Assembly (NCBI GenBank): GCA_038244765.1
Contig: JBBRTC010000005.1
Coordinates: 915-64,914 of the forward strand
Direction: 5' to 3'
Origin: Candidatus Nanopelagicales bacterium
GTDB taxonomy: Bacteria; Actinomycetota; Actinomycetes; S36-B12; JBBRLC01
DNA: 64,000 nucleotides
Below, piece after piece: positions 38,233-48,028 of this stretch. Positions within the stretch are counted from its first letter, which is position 1; each line of letters opens with the position of its first letter. The position numbers and the translations under genes were made by a program. Under the pieces are notes generated by a model. It worked only from the letters and a program-made list of their open reading frames with translations. It was not told where the DNA came from and searched no databases.

Positions 38233-39255
38233 GTGCCGGACGACGAGGAGACTCCCGAGACTCGCGATCGTGATTGGGAAGGCGTTCGACTCCACGTCGT
38301 AACAGGCAAGGGCGGAACAGGCAAGACCACCGTCGCCTGTGCGCTTGCGCTTGCACTCGCAAAGGGCGGTCATCGGGTCCTCGTGATGGAAGTCGAGGGT
38401 CGACAGGGAATCGCGCAACTCTTCGACACGACGGCACTGCCGTACGCCGAACGACAAGTTGCTGTTGCATCGGGGGGCGGAGAGGTCTGGGCGCTCGCCG
38501 TTGACCCCGAAGAAGCGCTGTTGGAATACCTCGAGCTGTTCTACAAGATGAGACGGGCCGGCTCGGCACTGCGGCGGATGGGTGCGATCGAGTTTGCCAC
38601 CACGATCGCGCCAGGAATGCGCGACGTGTTGTTAACTGGCAAGGCGATGGAAGCGACCAAGCGGACACACGACGGGAAACCTGTCTACGACGCGGTCGTC
38701 CTGGATGCGCCCCCGACGGGTCGCATCACGAGATTCCTCAACGTCAACACTGAAGTTGCCGGGCTCGCCAAAGTTGGACCGATCAAGTCCCACGCCGACA
38801 GCGTCATGTCCATCATCAAATCCCCACGAACCGCTGTTCATTTGGTGTCAATCCTGGAACAGATGCCGGTGCAGGAAACAATCGAAGGCGTTCGCGATCT
38901 GCGCGCTGCTGGTATCCCGGTGGGAGCACTCATCATCAACATGGATCGCGGGACGGCGCTGTCACCGACACAGCTAAAAGCCGCCCTCAAGGACTCGCTT
39001 CCGCGCGACGCAATAGCCCGAAGTCTGGAAGAAGCTGGCCTGGCCCGCAATGCAAAAATGCTCACCGCCATGGTCGAGGAGTTGGCCGACGTGGGCCATG
39101 ATCACGCCGTACGCGCCAGCCTCGAAACCGTTGAGCGTCAGGCGCTGGCGCAATTGGATCGACCGACGTACACGCTGCCGCTGCTGCCCGACGGAGCTGA
39201 CCTCTCCGGCTTGTACGAATTGGCTGACTCGCTGAGCGCGCAGGGGGCAGCGTGA
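38233..39255 (+). CDS. ArsA/Get3-like ATPase (Rv3679-like)
   Basis: P-loop VVTGKGGTGKTTVACALA. GTG start. Confidence 0.88.
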   Translation: MPDDEETPETRDRDWEGVRLHVVTGKGGTGKTTVACALALALAKGGHRVLVMEVEGRQGIAQLFDTTALPYAERQVAVASGGGEVWALAVDPEEALLEYLELFYKMRRAGSALRRMGAIEFATTIAPGMRDVLLTGKAMEATKRTHDGKPVYDAVVLDAPPTGRITRFLNVNTEVAGLAKVGPIKSHADSVMSIIKSPRTAVHLVSILEQMPVQETIEGVRDLRAAGIPVGALIINMDRGTALSPTQLKAALKDSLPRDAIARSLEEAGLARNAKMLTAMVEELADVGHDHAVRASLETVERQALAQLDRPTYTLPLLPDGADLSGLYELADSLSAQGAA

Positions 39256-40418
39256 CGTCCGCTACACCACTTGACATCGATCAACTCTTGAAAGATCCCG
39301 CCATCCACATCGTGGTGTGTTGCGGATCCGGTGGTGTCGGCAAGACGACCACAGCGGCAGCCCTCGGCGTGCGCGCCGCCGAACTCGGCCGCCGGGCAGT
39401 TGTCCTCACCATCGATCCGGCTCGACGACTCGCCCAGTCGCTGGGTCTCACGGAGTTGGACAATGAGCCCCGCCTGGTCACCGACGTCGTTTCGGAATCG
39501 AGCGGGGGATCGCTCAGCGCGATGATGCTCGACATGAAACGTACTTTCGACGAGATTGTCGAGGGACATTCGGATCCCAAACGGGCCGAGACAATTTTGG
39601 CCAATCCGTTCTATCAAGCTCTGTCGACATCGTTTGCTGGGACGCAGGAATACATGGCAATGGAAAAACTCGGGCAACTGCATGCGCGACTTGGCCAGGA
39701 TCACGACTGGGATTTGATCGTTGTGGACACCCCGCCCTCTCGATCGGCGCTGGATTTCTTGGATGCCCCACGACGATTGGGGTCGTTCTTGGACGGACGT
39801 TTAATGCGGTTGCTCGCGGCGCCGGCGCGAGCCGGAGGTCGGCTGTCGATGCGCGTCGTGAACGCCGGATTTGGGATCTTCAGCGGTGTGCTCACGCGCA
39901 TCTTGGGTGCATCGGTGCTGCGTGACATTCAGGGATTTGTTGGCTCGTTTGATGCGCTATTCGGTGACTTCCGGCTCCGGGCCGAGGCGACCTACAACCT
40001 GCTCCAGTCCGACGAAACCGCATTCCTTGTCGTGGCGACTCCCGAATCGGATGCCCTTCGGGAAGCGTCGTACTTCGTGGAGCGGTTAGAAAAGGACCAG
40101 ATGCCCCTTGCCGGGTTAGTACTGAACCGTGTCCAACCCGCGGCCTCGATTGACCTCACTGCAGAGGCGGCCATTGCCAGTGCACAACGTTTGGAAACCC
40201 GCGGTCGCACACACGCCCTGACCGCGGCCTTGTTACGGCTGCACGCCGAACGAGTTCGACTCCGCGACCGCCAGCGACACCTCAGCGAGCGATTCACTGC
40301 CGCCCACCGCGAGGTACCAGTTGTGGCGGTCGCTGCCCTCGCTCAAGACGTCCACGATCTTGAGTCACTGCGCGAGATCGGTGCCTCGTTGCACGCGGGC
40401 GACGATCTCGTCGGTTAG
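39252..40418 (+). CDS. ArsA/Get3-like ATPase (Rv3680-like)
   Basis: P-loop CCGSGGVGKTTTAAALG. 4-nt overlap with the preceding paralogue. Confidence 0.88.
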   Translation: MTSATPLDIDQLLKDPAIHIVVCCGSGGVGKTTTAAALGVRAAELGRRAVVLTIDPARRLAQSLGLTELDNEPRLVTDVVSESSGGSLSAMMLDMKRTFDEIVEGHSDPKRAETILANPFYQALSTSFAGTQEYMAMEKLGQLHARLGQDHDWDLIVVDTPPSRSALDFLDAPRRLGSFLDGRLMRLLAAPARAGGRLSMRVVNAGFGIFSGVLTRILGASVLRDIQGFVGSFDALFGDFRLRAEATYNLLQSDETAFLVVATPESDALREASYFVERLEKDQMPLAGLVLNRVQPAASIDLTAEAAIASAQRLETRGRTHALTAALLRLHAERVRLRDRQRHLSERFTAAHREVPVVAVAALAQDVHDLESLREIGASLHAGDDLVG

Positions 40419-40732
40419 CCCGCTTCAGTTCCAATCAGAGTGGCCACGGTGGGTGCGCGGTCGTACTCCTCCCGCGCGGTCTCAAGCAAGGCCCGCCATG
40501 AGGTCACATTCGCGCGCCGACGAAGCATCGAGCGTCGCTCGCGTTCGGTGAGTCCACCCCACACACCAAACTCGATGTGATTGTCCAGCGCATCGGCAAG
40601 ACACTCGGTTCGCACGGAACAGCCCATGCAGACAGTCTTGGCACGGTTTTGGGCCGCACCTTGAACGAACAGCGAATCCGGGTCGCTTCCGCGACAGGCA
40701 GCTGAAGCATTCCAACTCGACTTCCACGTCAT
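40415..40732 (-). CDS. whiB: WhiB-family Fe-S transcriptional regulator (WhiB4 position)
   Basis: Cys pattern C...CxxCxxxxxC (AACRG...VCMGCSVRTEC) and the GVWGG turn. Its stop codon overlaps the stop of the convergent ArsA-like gene (TTAG). Confidence 0.9.
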   Translation of the reverse strand: MTWKSSWNASAACRGSDPDSLFVQGAAQNRAKTVCMGCSVRTECLADALDNHIEFGVWGGLTERERRSMLRRRANVTSWRALLETAREEYDRAPTVATLIGTEAG

Positions 40733-40970
40733 GTACGTCTTCCCCTCGTGCAGGGTCCGGGCTGCACCCCAATTCCGACGCTGCGAAACAGGTTCCGCGT
40801 TGCTGGCATAGGGACCGGACAGGGCCGTCCGGTGAGCGCGACGTTAGACCTGTACATCAAGGGCGTACAGAACCATGTTCACTATCTGAGATGGCCTAGA
40901 TGGGCTATCCCGCTGCCCCAAGTGGCCGAGTCCACCGAGAGGGCGGCTCTCGACGTACCCTGAGCCCACT

Positions 40971-43259
40971 ATGTCCACGACTCGCCCGCCTGGTCCAGGC
41001 TCAGCTAGGCCTGGTTGGGGCGGATTCTCGGGCCCTGAGTCGGGTCACCTAGTGAATCCGCGCGCCGCCTGGTGGTCGCGGTTGGCTCTCTTCATCGTCG
41101 TCAGCCTGGTGGCCGGGCTGGTGGCCTCTGCGGCGGCGCTGCCGTTCGTCGGCGGGTTCGGCGTCACGGCTCGAGCCGCAGTCCAAGACTTTGAGGCGCT
41201 CCCGGACGCACTGGCTACCCCTCCGTTGCCGCAGCGCTCGGTGATTCTGGCTGCAGACGGCACGCGGCTGGCGACCATCTACTACCAAAACCGCGTCGAG
41301 GTCCCGCTGTCGGAGATTGCACCGGTCATGCGTCAGGCGGTCATCGCGACTGAAGACTCGCGCTTTTATGAACACCGGGGCATCGATTTGCGTGGCACGT
41401 TGCGCGCCTTCGTCTCAAACGCGGACGGCGGAACTGTCCAAGGTGGGTCGACGCTGACACAGCAGTACGTCAAGAATGTGCTACTCAACAGTGCGCGTAC
41501 CCCCGAGGAAGCGGCCGCGGCTAAAGCTAAAACACCGATCCGCAAACTCAAAGAACTTCGCCTGGCGCTTGGACTCGAACGCCGATTCACCAAGGACCAG
41601 ATCCTGGCCGGCTACCTCAATATTTCCTACTTCGGCAGAGGCGCGTACGGCGTGCAAGCCGCCGCTCGACGCTACTTCTCCAAAGATGCAAGCCAGCTCA
41701 CGCTGGTCGAGGCGGCAACATTGGCGGGTGCGATTCAATCGCCGACCGCCTACGACCCGACCCGACACCCTGCCGCGTCTCAGAGGCGGCGCGCACAAGT
41801 ACTAGGTCGAATGGTCGCAGAGGGCTACGTATCGAGATCAGCCGCCAAAGCCGCAACCGCGATTCCGACCGCGAAGATCCTCAAGCAATCCGACGTTTCC
41901 AATGGATGTACGACGTCGGTGGCCCCGTATTTCTGCGACTACGTCGTCCAGTCCATCCGTACGAACGCGGGCTTTGGCGCAACCCCGGCAGAGCGGGAAA
42001 ACCTCTTGCGCCGCGGGGGCTTGACGATCCGTACCACGCTGGACATGAAAGCACAGGCCGCCGCCCAAGCGGCGGTTGACAAGTACATCCCGCGTAAAGA
42101 TCCCAGTCGCAAGGCCGCGGCCATCACCATGCTCCGCCCTAGTGACGGCGCCATCATGGCGATGGCTCAGGACCGAAGTTGGGGCACCAAGGGGCGCGGT
42201 AACACCGCACTGAACTACAACGTGGGGACGTCGTTTCATGGCGTTAACGGCTACCAAGCTGGATCAACTTTCAAGGTCTTTACGTTGTCCGCCGCATTGA
42301 CTCAAGGCATCTCGCCGTATGACTCAATCGTGGCCCCGCAGGAGAAGAAGTTCACGGATTTCAAGAGTTGTAGTTCGGATGCGGTGTTCCCGCCGTACCG
42401 CGTTCGCAACTCCACCGGCGCTGGCACGTTCAACATGCTCAGCGGTACGGCGTACTCGATCAACACCTTCTTTATGGGGCTCGAAGAGAAGACTGGTCTG
42501 TGCGCGCCCGCTGACATCGCCGAGTCGATGGGCGTACGCCACGGAGATGGCAGCCCACTCGATCGTTTCCCGTCCTTCACACTCGGAACCGATCTGGTGA
42601 CCCCGATTGCGATGTCGGGCGCCTACGCGACGATTGCCAATCATGGAATGCGCTGCGTGCCGCTCGCCGTACTCGACATCGTCGATCGAAACCGCGTCTC
42701 ACAACCCGTCGCGCAACCGCAATGCACGCGAGTTCTGGACCGCAAGGTTGCCGACACGGTGGCGAGCATCTTGACCGGCGTCGTCGACGGTCCACTGCAA
42801 GGGCGCACCGGTCAGAAGATGTCCTTGGGTCGCCCCGCGGGTGGCAAGACCGGAACGATCAATGACTCGGCAGCGGTGTGGTTCGCCGGTTTTACGCCCG
42901 ATCTTGCGGCGGCGGTGTGGGTGGGTGACCCGCGAGGCGGGCAGGCCCATCCGATGAAGAACCTCACGATCGGGGGGCAGTACTTCGATCAGGTATTCGG
43001 GTCATCGCTACCCGGACCGATCTGGAAGCAGGCGATGCTAGGAGCGCTCGACGGGACACCCGAGGCTCAGTTTGATCTGCGAACGCTCTTCGGGCTTTCA
43101 GCTTTCACCGCTCCACCACCGGTTGTCAGCCAGCCAACTCCGAACCTGACCCCGAGCGGTACCCCAGTCCCCACCACGTCGGCGACAAAATCTCCGTCGC
43201 CCGCCCCGACCAAGTCGGGCAGCCCGACCTCAACGGCTAGTCCGCCGCCGCCGCCGTAA
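40971..43259 (+). CDS. ponA: Class A penicillin-binding protein (transglycosylase/transpeptidase, PonA2-like)
   Basis: Transglycosylase motifs EDSRFYEHRGID and GGSTLTQQ. Transpeptidase motifs STFK, SIN and KTGT. Pro/Ser/Thr-rich C-terminus. Confidence 0.93.
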   Translation: MSTTRPPGPGSARPGWGGFSGPESGHLVNPRAAWWSRLALFIVVSLVAGLVASAAALPFVGGFGVTARAAVQDFEALPDALATPPLPQRSVILAADGTRLATIYYQNRVEVPLSEIAPVMRQAVIATEDSRFYEHRGIDLRGTLRAFVSNADGGTVQGGSTLTQQYVKNVLLNSARTPEEAAAAKAKTPIRKLKELRLALGLERRFTKDQILAGYLNISYFGRGAYGVQAAARRYFSKDASQLTLVEAATLAGAIQSPTAYDPTRHPAASQRRRAQVLGRMVAEGYVSRSAAKAATAIPTAKILKQSDVSNGCTTSVAPYFCDYVVQSIRTNAGFGATPAERENLLRRGGLTIRTTLDMKAQAAAQAAVDKYIPRKDPSRKAAAITMLRPSDGAIMAMAQDRSWGTKGRGNTALNYNVGTSFHGVNGYQAGSTFKVFTLSAALTQGISPYDSIVAPQEKKFTDFKSCSSDAVFPPYRVRNSTGAGTFNMLSGTAYSINTFFMGLEEKTGLCAPADIAESMGVRHGDGSPLDRFPSFTLGTDLVTPIAMSGAYATIANHGMRCVPLAVLDIVDRNRVSQPVAQPQCTRVLDRKVADTVASILTGVVDGPLQGRTGQKMSLGRPAGGKTGTINDSAAVWFAGFTPDLAAAVWVGDPRGGQAHPMKNLTIGGQYFDQVFGSSLPGPIWKQAMLGALDGTPEAQFDLRTLFGLSAFTAPPPVVSQPTPNLTPSGTPVPTTSATKSPSPAPTKSGSPTSTASPPPPP

Positions 43260-43290
43260 GACGGCGCCCCTTCCCGGTGAAACGAGCGGA

Positions 43291-43755
43291 CTAAGGGTTG
43301 AGAGTGGCCTTCACGAGTTCCGCGACCTTGCCGCCATGGGCCCTGCCCGCCACCTGCGGGGACACCAGTTTCATAACTGCGCCCATCGCCCGAGGCCCTT
43401 CGGCACCGTCAGCGCGAGCCGTTTCAACGGCCACAGAAACGATCGCGGCGATCTCATCATCGGAGAGTTGCGCGGGCAAATAGCCCTGCAACACAACGAG
43501 TTCGGCCCTTTCGCGCTCTGCAAGCTCAGGGCGACCTGCATCGTCGTACGCCGTGGCCGACTCGCGACGCTTCTTGCCCTCACGCCCCAGAATGGTCACA
43601 ACTTCATCATCCGTGAGTACCCGCGCGACCTTGCCTGAGACCTCTTCGACCGTGACGGCGGCAAGGGCCATCCGGATTGTCGACGCTGCGATTTCGTCGC
43701 GACTTCGGATGGCTTCGGTGAGGTCGAGCTTGAGTTGTTCCTTCATCGTCGTCAT
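43291..43755 (-). CDS. GatB/YqeY domain protein
   Basis: 154 aa. MKEQLKLDLTEAIRSRDE...YLP.QLSDDE pattern typical of YqeY. Confidence 0.8.
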   Translation of the reverse strand: MTTMKEQLKLDLTEAIRSRDEIAASTIRMALAAVTVEEVSGKVARVLTDDEVVTILGREGKKRRESATAYDDAGRPELAERERAELVVLQGYLPAQLSDDEIAAIVSVAVETARADGAEGPRAMGAVMKLVSPQVAGRAHGGKVAELVKATLNP

Positions 43756-43844
43756 GGCGTCATCCTCGCAGCAGCCGACTTATTCGCCGGTATCTGTTCT
43801 TCGGCTCGTTTCGCCCGAGGCCGCCCACGTGCGATCCTCGTGTC

Positions 43845-44792
43845 GTGGGAAATTGGACGAAGGCTGGCCTCGGTGCCGCCACCATCGGAGTCGCGGGCCT
43901 TGGCTACTCGCTTCTCGAGGCGCGCTCCTACCGCCTACGTCGTGTGGACGTACCAGTCCTGCCGGACGGTTCACCACCATTGCGTGTTCTGCATCTATCC
44001 GACCTTCACGTGACGCCGAACCAACGCAGCAAGCAGGCTTGGGTACGCCGCCTCGCCTCGCTCAGTCCCGATGCGGTCGTCGTCACCGGTGACTTTCTGG
44101 CCCACCAAGAGTCGGTGCCCTATGCGCTTGAGGTTCTTGAACCGCTGCGCGACAAACCCGGAGCCTTCGTGCTCGGCAGTAACGACTACTACGAACCGAC
44201 ATTGAAGAATCCGATTCGTTATCTCATGCCGGACGTGGGTCGGCGCATCCACGGACGTATGTTGCCGTGGACTGACCTGACTCGCGGATTGTCGAGTTCT
44301 GGTTGGCTTGATCTGAGTAACGCGCGCGGCGTACTCAAAGTTGATGGTCGCGAACTCGACATCCGTGGCGTCGACGATCCCCATATCAATCGAGATGACT
44401 ACGGGCAGGTAGGCGGGGAATTCGATGCCGGCGCGGACCTGTCATTGGGTGTCACACACGCGCCGTACCTGCGCGTCCTCGACGCCATGGCTGCCGACGG
44501 CGCGGGTCTCATTCTCGCGGGGCACACGCACGGTGGGCAGTTGTGCCTGCCCGGCATCGGCGCCCTGGTCACGAACTGCGACATAGATCGGCGTCGCGCC
44601 AAAGGACTACACCGGTATGCGAAACCGTTCGATCCCACCGACTCCACCACGTCAGATCCGAGTCTCGGCGGCATCGACGGGCGCGGAACATGGCTCCATG
44701 TCTCGGCGGGATTGGGGACAAATCCGTACACACCGGTTCGCTTCTTCTGTCCCCCCGAAGCAACGCTGCTCACCTTGACGTCAGCGGACTGA
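43845..44792 (+). CDS. Metallophosphoesterase (Rv3683-like)
   Basis: Motifs LHLSDLH, TGDF, GSNDYY and GHTHGG. N-terminal TM helix. GTG start. Confidence 0.85.
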   Translation: MGNWTKAGLGAATIGVAGLGYSLLEARSYRLRRVDVPVLPDGSPPLRVLHLSDLHVTPNQRSKQAWVRRLASLSPDAVVVTGDFLAHQESVPYALEVLEPLRDKPGAFVLGSNDYYEPTLKNPIRYLMPDVGRRIHGRMLPWTDLTRGLSSSGWLDLSNARGVLKVDGRELDIRGVDDPHINRDDYGQVGGEFDAGADLSLGVTHAPYLRVLDAMAADGAGLILAGHTHGGQLCLPGIGALVTNCDIDRRRAKGLHRYAKPFDPTDSTTSDPSLGGIDGRGTWLHVSAGLGTNPYTPVRFFCPPEATLLTLTSAD

Positions 44793-44882
44793 ACCTTCAC
44801 CCCACCCCGATTTTGGCGTTTCAGCGCGCATGTGCCCGCGGGGAGTCAGTGCGCTGGGCTCGGTTAGACTCCGCGGGCTGTA

Positions 44883-44956
<74 letters not shown>

Positions 44957-44962
44957 CGCAAT

Positions 44963-44999
44963 CCAGCCGGTGCCCCTGCAGATCAGGAGCGCCGGCTGG
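44963..44999 (+). terminator. Hairpin immediately downstream of tRNA-Pro
   Basis: Arms CCAGCCGG / CCGGCTGG (8 bp) with a 21-nt loop. Confidence 0.45.
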
Positions 45000-45040
45000 A
45001 GCTATTAGGGAAGTCGCGAGCCGACCCTGATGACGCAGAA

Positions 45041-45634
45041 TTACTCCACCCGCGATTCGTCGATGCTGACCAGAAAACTGAGGACTCTTTGGGTGAGCAG
45101 AGCCGCTGATTCCTTGTCGTACGAAGTCAAGCTGGTGTCAGCAAAGAGATGCTTGTTGCCCGAGTACAGGAACAGTTCCGCACCAGGAGTTGACGCGACG
45201 AGGGCGCGGGCTGCGTCGATATCGCCCTCATCGACAAAGGACTCGTCGCCATCCATGCCGTGGATTTGGACCGGGACATGTTGTGGCCACGAATCGCCGA
45301 ACTCCGAGGTCGGGACACAGGCTTCGAACAGCAGCGCGCCCTTAGCGCCCGGTCGAGTCTGCGCGAGCATTTGAGTTGGCAGTACTCCGAGCGAGAAGCC
45401 CGCATAGACAAGTTCACTCGTGAGCCCAACAGACGCGAGCCGGCCACGTTCGATGATCTCAAGAAACCCGACATCGTGGGCGTATGCGATGCCTTCGTGG
45501 AGATCCTTGAAGACACGTCCGTCGTACAGGTCCGGGACGTGCACGGTGTGGCCGGATCGCGTCAGAGTCTTGGCGAATTCGTGGACACCGGGCGTCAGTC
45601 CTAATGCGTGGTGAAACAACAGCACTTCAGCCAT
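45041..45634 (-). CDS. Dienelactone hydrolase-family protein
   Basis: 197-aa alpha/beta protein. N-terminal LLFHHALGLTPG and nucleophile-elbow-like GFSLG. Confidence 0.7.
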   Translation of the reverse strand: MAEVLLFHHALGLTPGVHEFAKTLTRSGHTVHVPDLYDGRVFKDLHEGIAYAHDVGFLEIIERGRLASVGLTSELVYAGFSLGVLPTQMLAQTRPGAKGALLFEACVPTSEFGDSWPQHVPVQIHGMDGDESFVDEGDIDAARALVASTPGAELFLYSGNKHLFADTSLTSYDKESAALLTQRVLSFLVSIDESRVE

Positions 45635-45704
45635 GACCGCTCCTTTCCCGGGGCTCGAACTGTGCAGGGCCGGGATCGCACGCTAGTGGGCGCGACCGCC
45701 AACC

Positions 45705-46523
45705 ATGCGTTCGGCATCAAGTTCCGTACGTGACAGTGTGGACAACGTGGGAGTCACCGATGAGCAGTGGGACGGGTATCTCCGCACCTACCATCGCGAC
45801 CACGCGGGCATCACCGAACGATTGCTGAGTAGGGCAACCAGCCACGAAGGACGAGGCACGGCGTACGACTGGCTCAGGTCCGCAATTACCTCACCCGATC
45901 TGGTGCTCGATCTCGGCTGTGGAAGCGCCCCAATGCGTGACACATTCGCGTCGGCGCCTTACATCGGCGTTGACCTATCACCGGACGAACTCAGACTCGC
46001 GCTGTTGAGTGGTCGATCGTCTTTGGTGCGCGCGAATGCGCTCGCCTTGCCCCTGAAGGATCGCAGCGCGCCCACCGTGATCGCACCGATGTCGCTGATG
46101 TTGTTCACACCGACACGGGCAGCACTCGAAGAGGTCGCCAGAGTCCTCCGCCCGGGTGGAACGTTCGCGGCGTTGCTCCCGAACGCGTGGCCGCTTCTTC
46201 CGCGCGACGTGCTGACCGCCGCCCGACTAGCGCTGGCCTTACGCACCCAACCAGAATTTCCTCAGCGACTCAGATCACGGCCACTGGCCGCAGCGCTCCG
46301 CCGCTTCGGGTTAACAGTGACGGAGGATACGAGTCGACTGTTCCTCTACCCGATCACGTCCGAAAACGACGCCATCACCGCTGTGGACGGGCTATACCTG
46401 CCGGATCTACACCCGGATCGCCGCGCCGCTGCAATCCGGGTTCTCACCTCGCGGGCGGGCCGAGTGGATCTACCAATCCCGCTGAGACGCGTGGTTGCCA
46501 CGCGACACCAATCCGAGGGCTAG
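45705..46523 (+). CDS. Class I SAM-dependent methyltransferase
   Basis: Motif I VLDLGCGSAP and motif post-II/III RVLRPGG. The exact start is uncertain. Confidence 0.75.
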   Translation: MRSASSSVRDSVDNVGVTDEQWDGYLRTYHRDHAGITERLLSRATSHEGRGTAYDWLRSAITSPDLVLDLGCGSAPMRDTFASAPYIGVDLSPDELRLALLSGRSSLVRANALALPLKDRSAPTVIAPMSLMLFTPTRAALEEVARVLRPGGTFAALLPNAWPLLPRDVLTAARLALALRTQPEFPQRLRSRPLAAALRRFGLTVTEDTSRLFLYPITSENDAITAVDGLYLPDLHPDRRAAAIRVLTSRAGRVDLPIPLRRVVATRHQSEG

Positions 46524-46606
46524 TTGGCGACGAACGGGAGTCGATACGTTTCCCAACGTGTGACACTGACGTCGACGCGGGACCGCGCACATTCTCAGGA
46601 GGCTCA

Positions 46607-48028
46607 ATGCCCAGTGCACTTTCTCGGCTCCGCGACCAAGTCAGGGCCTTCGAATTGCGCACCCGCGCGATCGATCCGATCGCCCGTGCCGCCCGTGCAC
46701 GGCGCTGGGCCGCGCTGCCAGAATCGGCTCGGACACCTGAGCAGACCGTGGGGCGTTTTGCCATTGGCTGCGAAGGGACCCACGGCGTTTTCCCCAAATG
46801 CAATCTGACGTGCTCTCCGTGTTATCACTCCGCCGACGCCAACAAGGTACGGATCGACGGCGAGCACACAGTCGCCCAGGTGGAAGCACAGATGGCACTG
46901 CTTGAACAAGAGCGTGGACCGCACGCCCACGCTCAGCTGATCGGCGGAGAGGTCAGCTTGCTCGACCCAGATGCGCACGCGGAGTCCCTGCTCGCAATGC
47001 GACGCCACGGCCGAGAGCCAATGAGCATGACCCACGGTGACTTCGACTATGAGTATCTAGAAAAAGTGGCGCTCGGGGCCGATGGACATCCACGCCTAGA
47101 GAAACTCTCTTTTGCCGGCCACTTCGATTCACTCATGCGCGGCAGGCGCGGCCTGCCGCGACCCCGCCGAGAGCGTGAACTCGACTCGTACCGACAAGCG
47201 TTTGTCGACATGTTTCGCCGCCTTCAGCGCGAGCACGGAGTGAAATTCTTCCTCGCCCACAACATGACAGTCACGCCGCAAAACGTTGACCAAATCGCCG
47301 AGACGGTAGGTACGGCCAAAGACATGGGATTCGGGATGTTGTCGTTCCAACCGGCGGCGTATGTGGGCGACGACCGCCGGTGGACCGCAGATATGAGCGC
47401 GGCCTCTCCCGACGATATTTGGGGAGAAATCGAGAAAGGCGCTGGCGGCCGACTGTCACACCAGGCCGTTCAGATGGGAGATCCTCGCTGCAACCGAACG
47501 TCCTATGGACTCATGGTCGGCGAACGCTACGTACCGCTCATTGACGACCAACGGCCCCTCGACATCAAGACACGAGACATGTTCTTCGAGCGTTGCGGAG
47601 GCATGGGTTTCAACGCCGCACCCACCTGGCTCACCGCCGTACGCCTTGCGCGATTGGTAGTGCGGCATCCGTCCACGTTGGTCATCACCGCGCGATGGGC
47701 TGGCGGGAAAGTCGTCCAAGCCGGCGGACCGGTCGCGATCATGCGCGGCGGAATCCGGCCAATGACGTACGTGATGCACATGTTCATGGACGCCGAACAA
47801 GTTGCCCCGGCATGGGAACTGATGGAACAAGGCGTGGTCGCCACCGACCCGAAAGTCCGTGCAACCCAGGAGCGGCTGGGCGCATGCGTCTATGCGATGG
47901 CGCATCCAGAAACCGGCCGTATCGTGCCTGCCTGTGTCCAGCACAGCGTGTTGGATCCCAGCGAGAATGTCGAATTGCGAAAGTTGCTGCCACTTGTCGA
48001 AGTGCGTACGGCGCGTAAAGCCGCCTAA
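46607..48028 (+). CDS. Radical SAM enzyme of unknown specificity (473 aa)
   Basis: Canonical CNLTCSPC (CxxxCxxC) cluster motif near the N-terminus. ATG at 46607 preceded by AGGAGG. The ORF-track start at 46187 overlaps the methyltransferase and is unlikely. Confidence 0.8.
   Translation: MPSALSRLRDQVRAFELRTRAIDPIARAARARRWAALPESARTPEQTVGRFAIGCEGTHGVFPKCNLTCSPCYHSADANKVRIDGEHTVAQVEAQMALLEQERGPHAHAQLIGGEVSLLDPDAHAESLLAMRRHGREPMSMTHGDFDYEYLEKVALGADGHPRLEKLSFAGHFDSLMRGRRGLPRPRRERELDSYRQAFVDMFRRLQREHGVKFFLAHNMTVTPQNVDQIAETVGTAKDMGFGMLSFQPAAYVGDDRRWTADMSAASPDDIWGEIEKGAGGRLSHQAVQMGDPRCNRTSYGLMVGERYVPLIDDQRPLDIKTRDMFFERCGGMGFNAAPTWLTAVRLARLVVRHPSTLVITARWAGGKVVQAGGPVAIMRGGIRPMTYVMHMFMDAEQVAPAWELMEQGVVATDPKVRATQERLGACVYAMAHPETGRIVPACVQHSVLDPSENVELRKLLPLVEVRTARKAA

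Noticed and set aside
46187-46606. N-terminal 140-aa extension of the radical SAM ORF
   Set aside because: It overlaps the methyltransferase gene in another frame and translates to Arg/Pro/Ser-rich sequence. An AGGAGG-preceded ATG at 46607 gives a normal radical SAM N-terminus.
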